A stretch of 25,579 nt of DNA from Oculatellaceae cyanobacterium bins.114 (GCA_033764315.1 JANRJA010000106.1:1-25579); one strand, 5' to 3'. Counted from the first letter of the stretch, positions 1-8,557 are shown. A program made the numbers and translations. The notes: generated by a model not told the origin, from the letters alone.

Positions 1-64
1 CATACAGTTGGCAATACTCATCGACAAAGCGAATCGTTGGTCGAGCCTCTCTTGACGCAGGCAT
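1..64 (-). CDS. IS701-family transposase, 5' part (runs off window start)
   Basis: Minus strand ATG at 64 reads MPASREARPTIRFVDEYCQLY, resembling the N-terminus of cyanobacterial IS701-family transposases (PTxxFVDEYC motif, from recall). AGGA lies 5 nt upstream of the ATG. Too short in the window to appear in the ORF track. Confidence 0.75.
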   Translation of the reverse strand, partial: MPASREARPTIRFVDEYCQLY

Positions 65-135
65 AGGATTCCTGGCACCCTCTCAAATGGTCTATCCCTA
101 TTCTAAATTCCTCTCATTAATGTGACCAAAGAGGG
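1..135 (-). mobile_element. Left end of probable IS701-family insertion sequence; candidate terminal IR at ~122-135 followed by a TTAA target (136-139)
   Basis: GTGACCAAAGAGGG|TTAA resembles IS701-type ends. IS701-family elements typically make 4-bp YTAR duplications. It lies just upstream of the transposase start. Confidence 0.65.
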
Positions 136-209
136 TTAAAGTCATTAAACCCGGTGGTGTCACCGTTGGAGGAATTGGAGCACTCTGGCTTTTATTTGCT
201 CAAAGTGAT

Positions 210-2366
210 GTGCCCAAAGCGATCGCCTCTGCGGTCATTGGATTAAGCATTTCCTATGGCGCAAAGATGCTTCAGCCCATTCATGCAGGCAACCAGCGAC
301 GACTTGCAGATGCAGGAAAAGCGATCGACAAGACCATCGACAACAGCACTCGATTTGTGATTGATAAGATTAGTGGTGGCACCATCGAAGATCGCTATTT
401 GGCGTGTCAGGCAGCAGAGTGTCAGCGGTTGCGTTCAGAAGGCGTAGCTCAGCATCAAGGAGTCTTTATCCCATTACTGGAAGAAGTCTTTGTGCCGTTA
501 GCCCTGGGAGCAGGGGCAAGTTTGCCGGGATTCAAAATCAGTGTCCAAAACCAAACGGCTGATTTAGATCTGCATACCTATCAAAACCTCGCTATCTGGG
601 ATTTTTTGAGGAAAGCCTCGCAACAGCCCACATTTCGGCAACTGGTCATTTTGGCATGGGGCGGTTATGGCAAAACCACACTGCTCAAGCACATCGCCTA
701 TATCTATGGGACTCGGCAACATCAGAAACGCTTTAACGTGCCAAAACGCATTCCGATTTTGCTAATCCTGCGAAAATATCGAGACATATTGACTCAGCCA
801 AATCCACCGAGCTTGCCAGAGCTAGTGATCACCCGTCATATCCCTGATTTACCAGAGGCAGCCGATCTCCAGGCAACTGCCGATTGGGTCAAGCAAATTC
901 TCAAAACCGGGGAGGCGATCGTCATGTTGGATGGGTTTGATGAGGTTCCCAAAGAGCAGCGTCCAGCTGTGGCGCGTTGGATCAATCAGCAGATGCGCCA
1001 GTATGGTCGGTCAATCTTTATTCTCACCTCTCGCCCCAAAGCCTACACTGAGCAAGACACGGGCGATCGCTTGGAATTAGCCACTCCCCTCTGGGTGCAA
1101 GACTTTAACACCAAGCAACGCCAGGATTTTGTAATACGGTGGTATCTCTGTCAGGAACGCTATGCCAGTGGCGGAGACGACACCCCCGATGTTCGTCAGG
1201 CAGCAACACGAGCCGCCACAGAATTGCTAGAACAAATTGAAGCCCGACAAGAGCTAAAGGATCTGGCAAAAAATCCGCTCTTGCTAAATATGATGGTCAC
1301 GTTTCATCGGCGGTTTCCGGGCGCAGAGTTACCCAAACGGCGGGTCGAGCTATATCGAGAAATGTGTCTCTTGCAACTGCGCGATCGCCCTGCCGCTCGA
1401 CGACTTGAAACCCTGCTCACTCAATGCGAGAGCCAAACCATTTTGCAAATGCTGGCACTGGCGATGATGCAAAACCGCTTAGAACGACTGACTCGATCTC
1501 AACTGCTGCAATGGCTGACAAAATGCCTGCGGCAACAGGCAGAAACCGTCGATGCCAAAGAATTTTTAGACCAGGTTGTGCAGATTAGCGAATTATTGGT
1601 AGAGCGAGAACCAGACGAATTTGAATTTGCCCATCTCAGCTTTCAGGAATATCTCGCCGCAACGCAGATCGCCCAACGCAAACAAGAAAGCTTGCTATAT
1701 GACCACTTCAACGACGACTGGTGGAAGCCCACAATTTTGCTTTATGCGGCGCAGGTCAATCCCACAAAACTAATCCAGGAAATGCTGCAACGCCACGCCA
1801 CCAATCTCGCCTATGTCTGCTGGCAAGACACGACCAAACGCATTGATCCTGCCTTGCAGACCCAACTAGCAACCCTCAAACCCGCTCTGCGAACCTCCCG
1901 CTATCAAGCTTTAGAAGACCATCTCAAAGCGGGTGAATGGGAAGCGGCAGACAAGGAAACCTATCGGCTGATGATTACGACCGTAGGTAAAGAGGAAGGA
2001 CAGTACTTTAATTCTGAAGAATTACTCAACTTCCCCTGTGAGGAGTTGTTAGCAATCGATCGCCTCTGGGTGAGGTATAGCAATGGCAAGTTTGGCTTTA
2101 GTGTGCAAAAGCAAATCTATGTCGAGTGCGGTGCTAACCTAGATGGCGAATACCCCGGCGAGGTAATTTGGGCTAAATTTTGCGATCGCGTGGGGTGGCG
2201 CGTAGAAGGAGAATCTCTGCGCTACGGCAAACTCCACAAAAATCCCTATTTTTCCTTCAAAGGAGAATTGCCAGTGGGGGGTTTTAGGGTTGGTTTTAGA
2301 GATGAGGATGGGGTTTGGAGTGGGTTCTCTTTTCTCGCACAAAGACTTGTAAAGTGTAGCAGATAA
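210..2366 (+). CDS. NACHT (STAND) NTPase with C-terminal GUN4-like domain; 5' end probably disrupted by the IS
   Basis: Walker A AWGGYGKTT, Walker B VMLDGFDE, ILTSRP, NPLLL and FAHLSFQEYLAA are NACHT/winged-helix motifs. The C-terminus has GUN4 motifs W..AD.ET..LM, FPCEELLAIDRLW..YSNGKFGFSVQKQIY and F.DRVGW. The frame stays open upstream to 126 with no ATG/GTG/TTG. Confidence 0.85.
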   Translation: MPKAIASAVIGLSISYGAKMLQPIHAGNQRRLADAGKAIDKTIDNSTRFVIDKISGGTIEDRYLACQAAECQRLRSEGVAQHQGVFIPLLEEVFVPLALGAGASLPGFKISVQNQTADLDLHTYQNLAIWDFLRKASQQPTFRQLVILAWGGYGKTTLLKHIAYIYGTRQHQKRFNVPKRIPILLILRKYRDILTQPNPPSLPELVITRHIPDLPEAADLQATADWVKQILKTGEAIVMLDGFDEVPKEQRPAVARWINQQMRQYGRSIFILTSRPKAYTEQDTGDRLELATPLWVQDFNTKQRQDFVIRWYLCQERYASGGDDTPDVRQAATRAATELLEQIEARQELKDLAKNPLLLNMMVTFHRRFPGAELPKRRVELYREMCLLQLRDRPAARRLETLLTQCESQTILQMLALAMMQNRLERLTRSQLLQWLTKCLRQQAETVDAKEFLDQVVQISELLVEREPDEFEFAHLSFQEYLAATQIAQRKQESLLYDHFNDDWWKPTILLYAAQVNPTKLIQEMLQRHATNLAYVCWQDTTKRIDPALQTQLATLKPALRTSRYQALEDHLKAGEWEAADKETYRLMITTVGKEEGQYFNSEELLNFPCEELLAIDRLWVRYSNGKFGFSVQKQIYVECGANLDGEYPGEVIWAKFCDRVGWRVEGESLRYGKLHKNPYFSFKGELPVGGFRVGFRDEDGVWSGFSFLAQRLVKCSR

Positions 2367-2373
2367 ACGCTTC

Positions 2374-2408
2374 AAGTGTCCCGGCTGCTTCAAGCAGCCG
2401 GGACACTT
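2374..2408. repeat. 35-bp perfect palindrome (REP-like), left flank of RAYT
   Basis: AAGTGTCCCGGCTGCTT-C-AAGCAGCCGGGACACTT, 17-bp arms. Confidence 0.9.
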
Positions 2409-2415
2409 ATAAACC

Positions 2416-3012
2416 TTACTCATCCAACATGAGCGATCTCATCGAGATATCCGCAAGGGGTCGCACCATCAACCTTGGTGATACTTGCTGCTCCATCAAA
2501 AATAATTGGTATGCTGCCTCCGACCCCAACAACTCTCGAACAGTTTTCGTTTGAGGCAAGGTTCCATTCCGTAAACCTGCATATTCGAGATAACTCGAAA
2601 ACTCCCATTCCTCTGGAGACTTCACCATATCAGCCTTCACTGGATTGAGATGAATGTATTGCACTAAATGGTGCAGGTACGCTTCCCGATCGACTAGTTT
2701 TGCTTGAAATCGTCCTTGAAAGAGCGTACCTGTTCGGTTGTAGCGTCGGTTCACCGCCTGAGTGTACGCCTGTGCAAGCGATCGCATTCCCTCAGTAATA
2801 GTGTTTGTTTTGCAATACACCAGCAGATGATAATGATTAGGCATCAAACAATATGCCAATATTTCAAAAATTCGCTCAACTAAATAGCGGCGTAGCAGTC
2901 GCAGGAAATAGAAATAATTTTCACGCTCAAAAAAGATGTTTTGGCGATTGTTGCCCCGACTATAAAGGTGATAGTAACAACCTGACTGAAAGGTAAGATC
3001 GCGACGTGGCAT
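2416..3012 (-). CDS. REP-associated tyrosine transposase (RAYT/TnpA-REP, Y1 HUH family)
   Basis: YHLYSRGNNRQNIF, LAYCLMPNHYHLL (HUH), GTLFQGRF, YIHLNPVKA (catalytic Tyr region) and WEFSSY. Start moved from 3051 to the ATG at 3012 (MPRR...). Confidence 0.9.
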   Translation of the reverse strand: MPRRDLTFQSGCYYHLYSRGNNRQNIFFERENYFYFLRLLRRYLVERIFEILAYCLMPNHYHLLVYCKTNTITEGMRSLAQAYTQAVNRRYNRTGTLFQGRFQAKLVDREAYLHHLVQYIHLNPVKADMVKSPEEWEFSSYLEYAGLRNGTLPQTKTVRELLGSEAAYQLFLMEQQVSPRLMVRPLADISMRSLMLDE

Positions 3013-3061
3013 GGAGGAATCTGAGGAAAAAAGTATTTTTAGCGTTCCCAATATTCCAAGA

Positions 3062-3096
3062 CACCTCCCCGGCTGCTTTAAGCAGCCGGGGAGGTG
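3062..3096. repeat. 35-bp perfect palindrome (REP-like), right flank of RAYT
   Basis: CACCTCCCCGGCTGCTT-T-AAGCAGCCGGGGAGGTG; same CCCGGCTGCTT/AAGCAGCCGGG core as 2374-2408. Confidence 0.9.
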
Positions 3097-3147
3097 AAGC
3101 CTTCAAATCCTGTTAATGTTGAAAGTAATTGAGATTTCAGCAAACCG

Positions 3148-3351
3148 ATGAAAGACTTCTTAGACAACATTTCACGTTATCCCCGTTATTTCATCTCCTT
3201 CATCCTGGGTGTCTTGCTAACTGCCTTTAACCCACTCGTCTCATTGTTAAAGCGTCCGATTACCGCCGTTCCAACGGTTGGCTTGCTGATTGCGGGGTTT
3301 GCCTTCATCGCCTTCACCCTCCGCGCTATGCTAGGGCTAGGCGCAGGCTAG
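3148..3351 (+). CDS. DUF751-family small membrane protein
   Basis: F.DNISRYPRYFISF...FTLRAMLG with two hydrophobic segments; usual position upstream of rbfA in cyanobacteria. Confidence 0.85.
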   Translation: MKDFLDNISRYPRYFISFILGVLLTAFNPLVSLLKRPITAVPTVGLLIAGFAFIAFTLRAMLGLGAG

Positions 3352-3372
3352 GTTGGAAGGGAGGAGAAAGGT

Positions 3373-3780
3373 ATGGCGACTGATCGCCGAGTGGCTCGTG
3401 TAGCTGAGTTAATCAGACGCGAGGTAAGTCAACTTTTGCTCACAGGCATCAAAGATGATCGGGTGGGTGAAGGCATGGTGAGCGTAACGAATGTCGATGT
3501 GTCGGGCGATTTGCAGCATGCCAAAATCTTTGTCAGCATTTACGGCTCTGACGAAGCCAGAGCTAAGACGATGGAAGGGTTAAAGTCAGCAACGGGGTTT
3601 GTGCGAAGTGAGCTAGGACATCGCATTCGACTGCGTCGTACACCAGAGGTGATTTTTTTAGAAGATCGCTCCATTGAGCGGGGCACTCAGGTGTTATCGC
3701 TACTCAACCGTTTAAGTCAAGAACGCAAAGATATTGACGGGTTAGAGGAGGGGGCTGATATTCCCTCGGCTGAAGACTAA
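3373..3780 (+). CDS. rbfA: 30S ribosome-binding factor RbfA
   Basis: [51 protein letters not shown] upstream. Confidence 0.97.
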   Translation: MATDRRVARVAELIRREVSQLLLTGIKDDRVGEGMVSVTNVDVSGDLQHAKIFVSIYGSDEARAKTMEGLKSATGFVRSELGHRIRLRRTPEVIFLEDRSIERGTQVLSLLNRLSQERKDIDGLEEGADIPSAED

Positions 3781-3824
3781 TGGGTGGGGAGACAGCCCCA
3801 AAGGGGGAACGGCCTCATATCACC

Positions 3825-5537
3825 ATGAGTGCTCAACTACCACTCTGGGAGACTTTATCACTGCCAGAGCAAGTCGCCCAAATGATTGTGGTGCGTGCCT
3901 CTGGCTACTTATTCGATCATCAAATTCAATATCCTCAATGGGAACCAACGGCGACCCTGCTTCAGCATTGGGTGAGTGATCTAGGGGTTGGGGGCGTCAT
4001 TTTGTTGGGGGGAAGTGCTGCTGAGGTGGGGTTGCGATCGCACCAGTTACAAGAATGGGCAAGCATTCCTCTCTTAATTGCCGCTGATATCGAAGAAGGA
4101 GTGGGTCAACGGTTTTCTGGGGCAACCTGGTTTCCGCCACCGATGGCATTAAATGCGATCGCCACTCACGATTTGCCCAAGGCACTTCAACTGGCAGAGG
4201 CGATGGGTTCAGTCACGGCTCAAGAGGCATTGGCGATCGGGATTAACTGGGTATTAGCCCCAGTGGTGGATGTGAACAACAATCCCCACAATCCAGTGAT
4301 CAACGTGCGAGCCTTTGGAGAAACCCCTGATGTGGTCAGTCAACTCACCACAGCCTTTATTCGTGGAGCGCAACATCATGCAGTGCTGACTGCCGCTAAA
4401 CACTTTCCAGGGCATGGCGACACGGCGATCGACTCTCATCTAGAGTTACCCGTTTTAGCTCACACTCTAGAACGGCTTAAAATCCTGGAGTTAGTGCCTT
4501 TCCAGGCGGCGATCGCCGCAGGGGTTGATGCGGTGATGACGGCTCACTTGCGCATTCCATCCCTGGATGTGACCTATCCTGCAACCTTGTCTCAGCCAAT
4601 CTTGACAGGCTTGTTGCGACAACAGATGCGGTTTGAGGGATTGATTGTCACCGATGCGCTGATTATGGGAGCGATCGCCAATCAATATGGAACCAACGAA
4701 GCCGCTGTGCTGGCAGTGGAAGCGGGAACCGACATAGTGTTGATGCCTGCCGATCCAGAGGGGGCGATCGCGGCGATTTGTCAGGCCGTCGAAATGGGGC
4801 GCATTGCATTAGAGCAGATTGCCGCATCAGTCGAACGGATTTGGCGAGCTAAGCAAACCGTTTGTCCTGCCTCTGTACAAGGAGGCACCTCTCATGCCTG
4901 GGAAAACGTGCCTCCACCCCCAGTTCAGTTAGATCATCTAGCGCAACCTCAAGCATGCAATACTGTAGCGGAAATCCTGCGGTCTTCGATGCACGTGCAT
5001 CTACCGAGTGAACCGATGGTGACAACCCAGATCAGCCATGATCGCAATGTGATTGTGGTGGATGAGGCTGTAAACTGTGCTTTTTTAGGCCGACAGGCTC
5101 CAGCGATCGCCCTGCCACAAAAATTGGGATATCAATTGCAAGTGATCGATAGCTACACGCCAATCATGCGAGGTGGTTTCCCTGCTGCGATAAACGCCAC
5201 CGATGTCGATCAACCTGCAACCTTGCTGCAATTATTTATTCGGGGCAACCCCTTTCGAGGCAGTGCCAAACTCATCCAGCTTGCCAGTGCTATTTTTCAT
5301 GAGTTGCTTGATTCCAGACAGTTACAGGCACTGGTGATCTACGGTAGCCCTTACGTATTGGATCACTTCATTGCCAAATTGCCCGTTGCCATTCCCTATG
5401 TGTTTACCTATGGGCAATTTGCAGATGCTCAAGCGATCGCCCTTCAGCCCCTCCTGGATCGACTCAAGCCTGATCTCTCATCCTCCCGTACCGATGCGAT
5501 GCATCACGTCTCTCCAGAACAACAATTCACAGATTAG
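3825..5537 (+). CDS. Glycoside hydrolase family 3 protein (NagZ-like beta-N-acetylhexosaminidase/beta-glucosidase)
   Basis: LIAADIEEG, LAPVVDVNNNP.NPVINVRAFG, KHFPGHGDTAIDSH, IVTDALIMGA. The KHFPGHG..DSH motif is NagZ-type. Start is either 3780 or 3825. Confidence 0.9.
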   Translation: MSAQLPLWETLSLPEQVAQMIVVRASGYLFDHQIQYPQWEPTATLLQHWVSDLGVGGVILLGGSAAEVGLRSHQLQEWASIPLLIAADIEEGVGQRFSGATWFPPPMALNAIATHDLPKALQLAEAMGSVTAQEALAIGINWVLAPVVDVNNNPHNPVINVRAFGETPDVVSQLTTAFIRGAQHHAVLTAAKHFPGHGDTAIDSHLELPVLAHTLERLKILELVPFQAAIAAGVDAVMTAHLRIPSLDVTYPATLSQPILTGLLRQQMRFEGLIVTDALIMGAIANQYGTNEAAVLAVEAGTDIVLMPADPEGAIAAICQAVEMGRIALEQIAASVERIWRAKQTVCPASVQGGTSHAWENVPPPPVQLDHLAQPQACNTVAEILRSSMHVHLPSEPMVTTQISHDRNVIVVDEAVNCAFLGRQAPAIALPQKLGYQLQVIDSYTPIMRGGFPAAINATDVDQPATLLQLFIRGNPFRGSAKLIQLASAIFHELLDSRQLQALVIYGSPYVLDHFIAKLPVAIPYVFTYGQFADAQAIALQPLLDRLKPDLSSSRTDAMHHVSPEQQFTD

Positions 5538-5641
5538 CGTGCTCAAGATCCCTCTACCGCCTCCTGGTATGAGCCAAATCACTCGAATCAGCGATCCCTG
5601 CTTTAGGATGGCTATAGAGAAACAGACAGATTCAGTAAGTT

Positions 5642-6055
5642 ATGGATATTTGGCTGGTTGTATCCCTGATGTGTGGGCTGTTAGCAGCTCTGAGCGTGAT
5701 CAATAGCCGCGCTCAATCATCTCGCTGCAGGGGCGATCAAATTGCCTTCAGACCTGACATGCCCTGGCAACTTGAGCGCATAGAACACAAATTAGATCGG
5801 ATTCTGGATCACTTGGGCATTCAAATAGATGCCACTGAGTTTGATGTCATCTTAGCGGACGTGCCTCCAACTCATAAAATTTCAGTCCTCAAAACGGTTC
5901 GAGAACTCACCGGATTGGGACTCAAAGAAGCCAAAGATTTGGTTGAAGCGGCTCCTGTTTTATTGCAAGCGCGATCGCCCCTCGACAAAGCCAAAACCCT
6001 CAAACGCCATTTAGAAGAAGCGGGTGCGATCGTTACAATCACACCCCGCTTATAG
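5642..6055 (+). CDS. Membrane-anchored protein with ribosomal L7/L12 C-terminal-like domain
   Basis: Hydrophobic N-terminus, [17 protein letters not shown], then [33 protein letters not shown]...LEEAGA. It lacks the L12 N-terminal dimerisation domain, so it is not rplL. Confidence 0.8.
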   Translation: MDIWLVVSLMCGLLAALSVINSRAQSSRCRGDQIAFRPDMPWQLERIEHKLDRILDHLGIQIDATEFDVILADVPPTHKISVLKTVRELTGLGLKEAKDLVEAAPVLLQARSPLDKAKTLKRHLEEAGAIVTITPRL

Positions 6056-6090
6056 AAATAGATTTTGAGCAATCGTAGAGGCGATTTTAT

Positions 6091-7074
6091 CTATGCGCCT
6101 AACCAGCGAGCCGCATCTTTAGCATGGTAAGTCAAAATTAAATCTGCGCCGGCTCGCTTAAAGCTTGTTAGCGTTTCCATGACCACCCGCTCTTCATCAA
6201 CCCACCCATTTAGGGCAGCCGCTTTGACCATCGAATATTCACCAGAGACGTTATAGGCGGCGACTGGCAAATTGCTGGCTTCTTTCACTCGCCAGATGAT
6301 ATCCATATAGGCTAAAGCGGGTTTGACCATCAACATGTCAGCCCCTTCAGCGATATCCAGGTCAATCTCTTTGAGGGCTTCGCGGGCGTTGCCAGGGTCC
6401 ATTTGGTAGGTGCGGCGATCGCCAAACTGAGGGGTTGACTCGGCGGCATCTCGAAACGGCCCATAGTAAGCCGACGCATACTTGGCAGCGTAAGAAAGAA
6501 TGGGGGTATCGTGATAGCCCGCCTCATCCAAGCCTTGCCGAATCGCTTGCACAAACCCATCCATCATGCCAGAAGGGGCGATAATATCAGTTCCGGCTTT
6601 GACTTGGGCGATCGCTGTTTTCTTCAACAGCTCCAGGGTTGGATCGTTTAACACGCGCCCGCTTAAATCACCCACTTCTAGATACCCACAGTGACCATGA
6701 GACGTGTATTCGCAGAGACAAGTGTCAGCAATCACAATCAAGTCAGGCACTGCATTTTTAACTGCCGTTGCAGCTAACTGCACAATGCCGTGATCATGCC
6801 ATGCTCCAGTTGCCTCTGTGTCTTTGTCAGCGGGAATCCCAAACAAAATAATAGCGGGGATCCCCAGATCGTAAACTTCTTTAGCTTCTTCTACGATCTT
6901 GTCAATCGAGAGTTGATAGACACCTGGCATCGAGCGCACTTCATTAGCAATGCCCTCACCCGGCACTGCAAACAAGGGGTAGATTAAATCACTTGTGGTC
7001 AGCGTCGTTTCTCGCACCATCCGTCTGAGTTGAGGATGACTACGGAGACGGCGAGGACGATGAACTGGGAACAT
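6091..7074 (-). CDS. hemB: Porphobilinogen synthase (ALA dehydratase)
   Basis: [52 protein letters not shown]. Confidence 0.98.
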   Translation of the reverse strand: MFPVHRPRRLRSHPQLRRMVRETTLTTSDLIYPLFAVPGEGIANEVRSMPGVYQLSIDKIVEEAKEVYDLGIPAIILFGIPADKDTEATGAWHDHGIVQLAATAVKNAVPDLIVIADTCLCEYTSHGHCGYLEVGDLSGRVLNDPTLELLKKTAIAQVKAGTDIIAPSGMMDGFVQAIRQGLDEAGYHDTPILSYAAKYASAYYGPFRDAAESTPQFGDRRTYQMDPGNAREALKEIDLDIAEGADMLMVKPALAYMDIIWRVKEASNLPVAAYNVSGEYSMVKAAALNGWVDEERVVMETLTSFKRAGADLILTYHAKDAARWLGA

Positions 7075-7200
7075 AGTTTTTTCTCAAAGGGGTAAGGTTT
7101 GAACCAGTTTGAATAAAGGCTTGTTTGGTCTGGGTAGGCTTCAGTCTGGGTAGTGTGATCAAGTCTAAAACTTAGGCTGGTGCAAAACTCGCTCAATATA

Positions 7201-7233
7201 TTAAGTTCTGTAAAATGTTTAAGTTCTGTAAAA
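7201..7233. repeat. 15-bp direct repeat TTAAGTTCTGTAAAA x2 (period 18) in the divergent hemB promoter region
   Basis: Exact copies at 7201-7215 and 7219-7233. Confidence 0.8.
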
Positions 7234-7397
7234 GATGTGATAGCCATCACTTGAGTAGACATAAATACGTCACAAAAAGGAGTAGCTATAAGTCACTCAC
7301 CATCTCAACCAAGATCACTCAAAATACCCACTTAGAATCACGTATTGTTAGCGAAAAAGAAGAGATATTTTGAATATCAACCCTTGCCTAACTTGCT

Positions 7398-7616
7398 ATG
7401 CCTGCTCAACTTTGTTTACTACAATCTGCTCTCGCTGAATTGTTTGCTCAAGTGAGTCTGTCGGGTCAAGTGACGGTAGCAGACCAATATGGATTGTTAG
7501 CAGCATTATTGGATGAGTCACTCAGCCCAGACGAATTGGGGGCGATCGATCGCATTCTTCATGCCGTTTCTAGAAACCGAGTGCGGATTGTCAGCGACCT
7601 GTCAGCCTTAGCTTAG
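7398..7616 (+). CDS. Small conserved-type cyanobacterial hypothetical protein (72 aa)
   Basis: ELFAQVS.SG.VT.AD.YGL.AALL...L..DE...IDRIL.AV pattern resembles a recurrent small cyanobacterial protein family (recall); clean ORF converging on a hairpin. Confidence 0.7.
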   Translation: MPAQLCLLQSALAELFAQVSLSGQVTVADQYGLLAALLDESLSPDELGAIDRILHAVSRNRVRIVSDLSALA

Positions 7617-7639
7617 AGGTGAAGATGGGGGCTTTGTGA

Positions 7640-7690
7640 AAGGGATGCGGGAGTTTTGGCCTTGCTCTACCGACTCCCCTCATCTCCCCT
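7640..7690. terminator. Imperfect stem-loop between convergent genes
   Basis: GGGAGT...ACTCCC core with flanking G-rich and C-rich arms. Confidence 0.4.
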
Positions 7691-7702
7691 AACGGGCAAA
7701 TC

Positions 7703-8059
7703 TCACTCAGCACTTAAGATCGCCTGATCAAATCGGATCATCTCTAAACTGCGATCGCCATAGACTCCTTCAATTTGCTGACGACAACAGTCGATTGCAA
7801 ACTCATTTAGCTCTTCGGGTTCAATCTCATACATTTGTTGAAATACCTCTGCCTCCACTCGACAAAAACGGGGGCGATCGGGGTAGATGCGGCACTCACG
7901 GGTATCTTGATCAAAATTGGTGCACCAACCATCTACCCCAACCAAGCTAAGATAGATCGCCAGATCATCGGGTGTCAGGTACTCTTCCAGATCAGGGCGA
8001 TCGCTCGGATCAAGATGACAACAAGCCCCACACTGTTTTACACAACGCCAAGTAGCCAT
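7703..8059 (-). CDS. YkgJ-family cysteine-cluster (putative Zn/Fe-S) protein
   Basis: WRCVKQCGACC, GWC..FD...R.C.IY.DRP.FCR, CC. Confidence 0.88.
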   Translation of the reverse strand: MATWRCVKQCGACCHLDPSDRPDLEEYLTPDDLAIYLSLVGVDGWCTNFDQDTRECRIYPDRPRFCRVEAEVFQQMYEIEPEELNEFAIDCCRQQIEGVYGDRSLEMIRFDQAILSAE

Positions 8060-8425
8060 TCATTCATCCTCTAACGGTCATCTTCTAACGATCTCTTTTA
8101 ACGCTCAAAGTCAGTGCACCCAAGTTTGTGCTGACATAACCCCTCAAGGGTTAGCTAAAACGCTGTAAAAGCCCCACACTCCCTGGCATCAACTGTCAAG
8201 ACAGTGGCTATATACAGGGGCTACATAGCCCGATTTCCCAAACCCTATTTCTCACAAATCGAATTAGACTGCTACATCTTCGATGGTAGCGAGAGACGAA
8301 GAGGTCGATCGCACGTCTTATTAGAGTTGGTAAATCTTATGAGAAAAGTCACCCCTTTCAGGGGTAAAATATGAGCTAGTCTTTGAGATTAGATAATAAA
8401 CTTATTGAGCCGTTTGGGGGAATGA

Positions 8426-8557
8426 ATGGACACTCTATTTACCACTCTTAGTAGCATTAATTGGGAAGCGATCGCCCAGTTAACCCTGGTAGCCATGATT
8501 ATGCTTGCTGGCCCTGCGGTTATCGCCGTCTTAGCATTTCGTAATGGCAACCTCTAG
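8426..8557 (+). CDS. psb30: Photosystem II reaction centre protein Psb30 (Ycf12)
   Basis: Hand translation MDTLFTTLSSINWEAIAQLTLVAMIMLAGPAVIAVLAFRNGNL* (43 aa) carries the NWE.I.QL...AGP.VI..LA...GNL signature; absent from the ORF track because of its length. Confidence 0.95.
   Translation: MDTLFTTLSSINWEAIAQLTLVAMIMLAGPAVIAVLAFRNGNL

Noticed and set aside
87-125. ATG at 87 as NACHT start with stop read-through at TGA 123
   Set aside because: It lies within the inferred IS end, and the peptide looks non-homologous; IS insertion explains the layout better.
2260-2410. Classical DGR
   Set aside because: No reverse transcriptase, Avd or template repeat is visible in the window, and the bias is loss of C rather than variation at A. 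A remote DGR cannot be excluded without the genome.
2416-3012. IS200/IS605 element with TnpB/omega RNA
   Set aside because: No tnpB or iscB is adjacent, and the motifs (SRGNNRQ, YIHLNPV, WxxSSY) are RAYT-type.
5642-6055. rplL
   Set aside because: It lacks the N-terminal dimerisation domain and the rplJ context, and has a hydrophobic leader.
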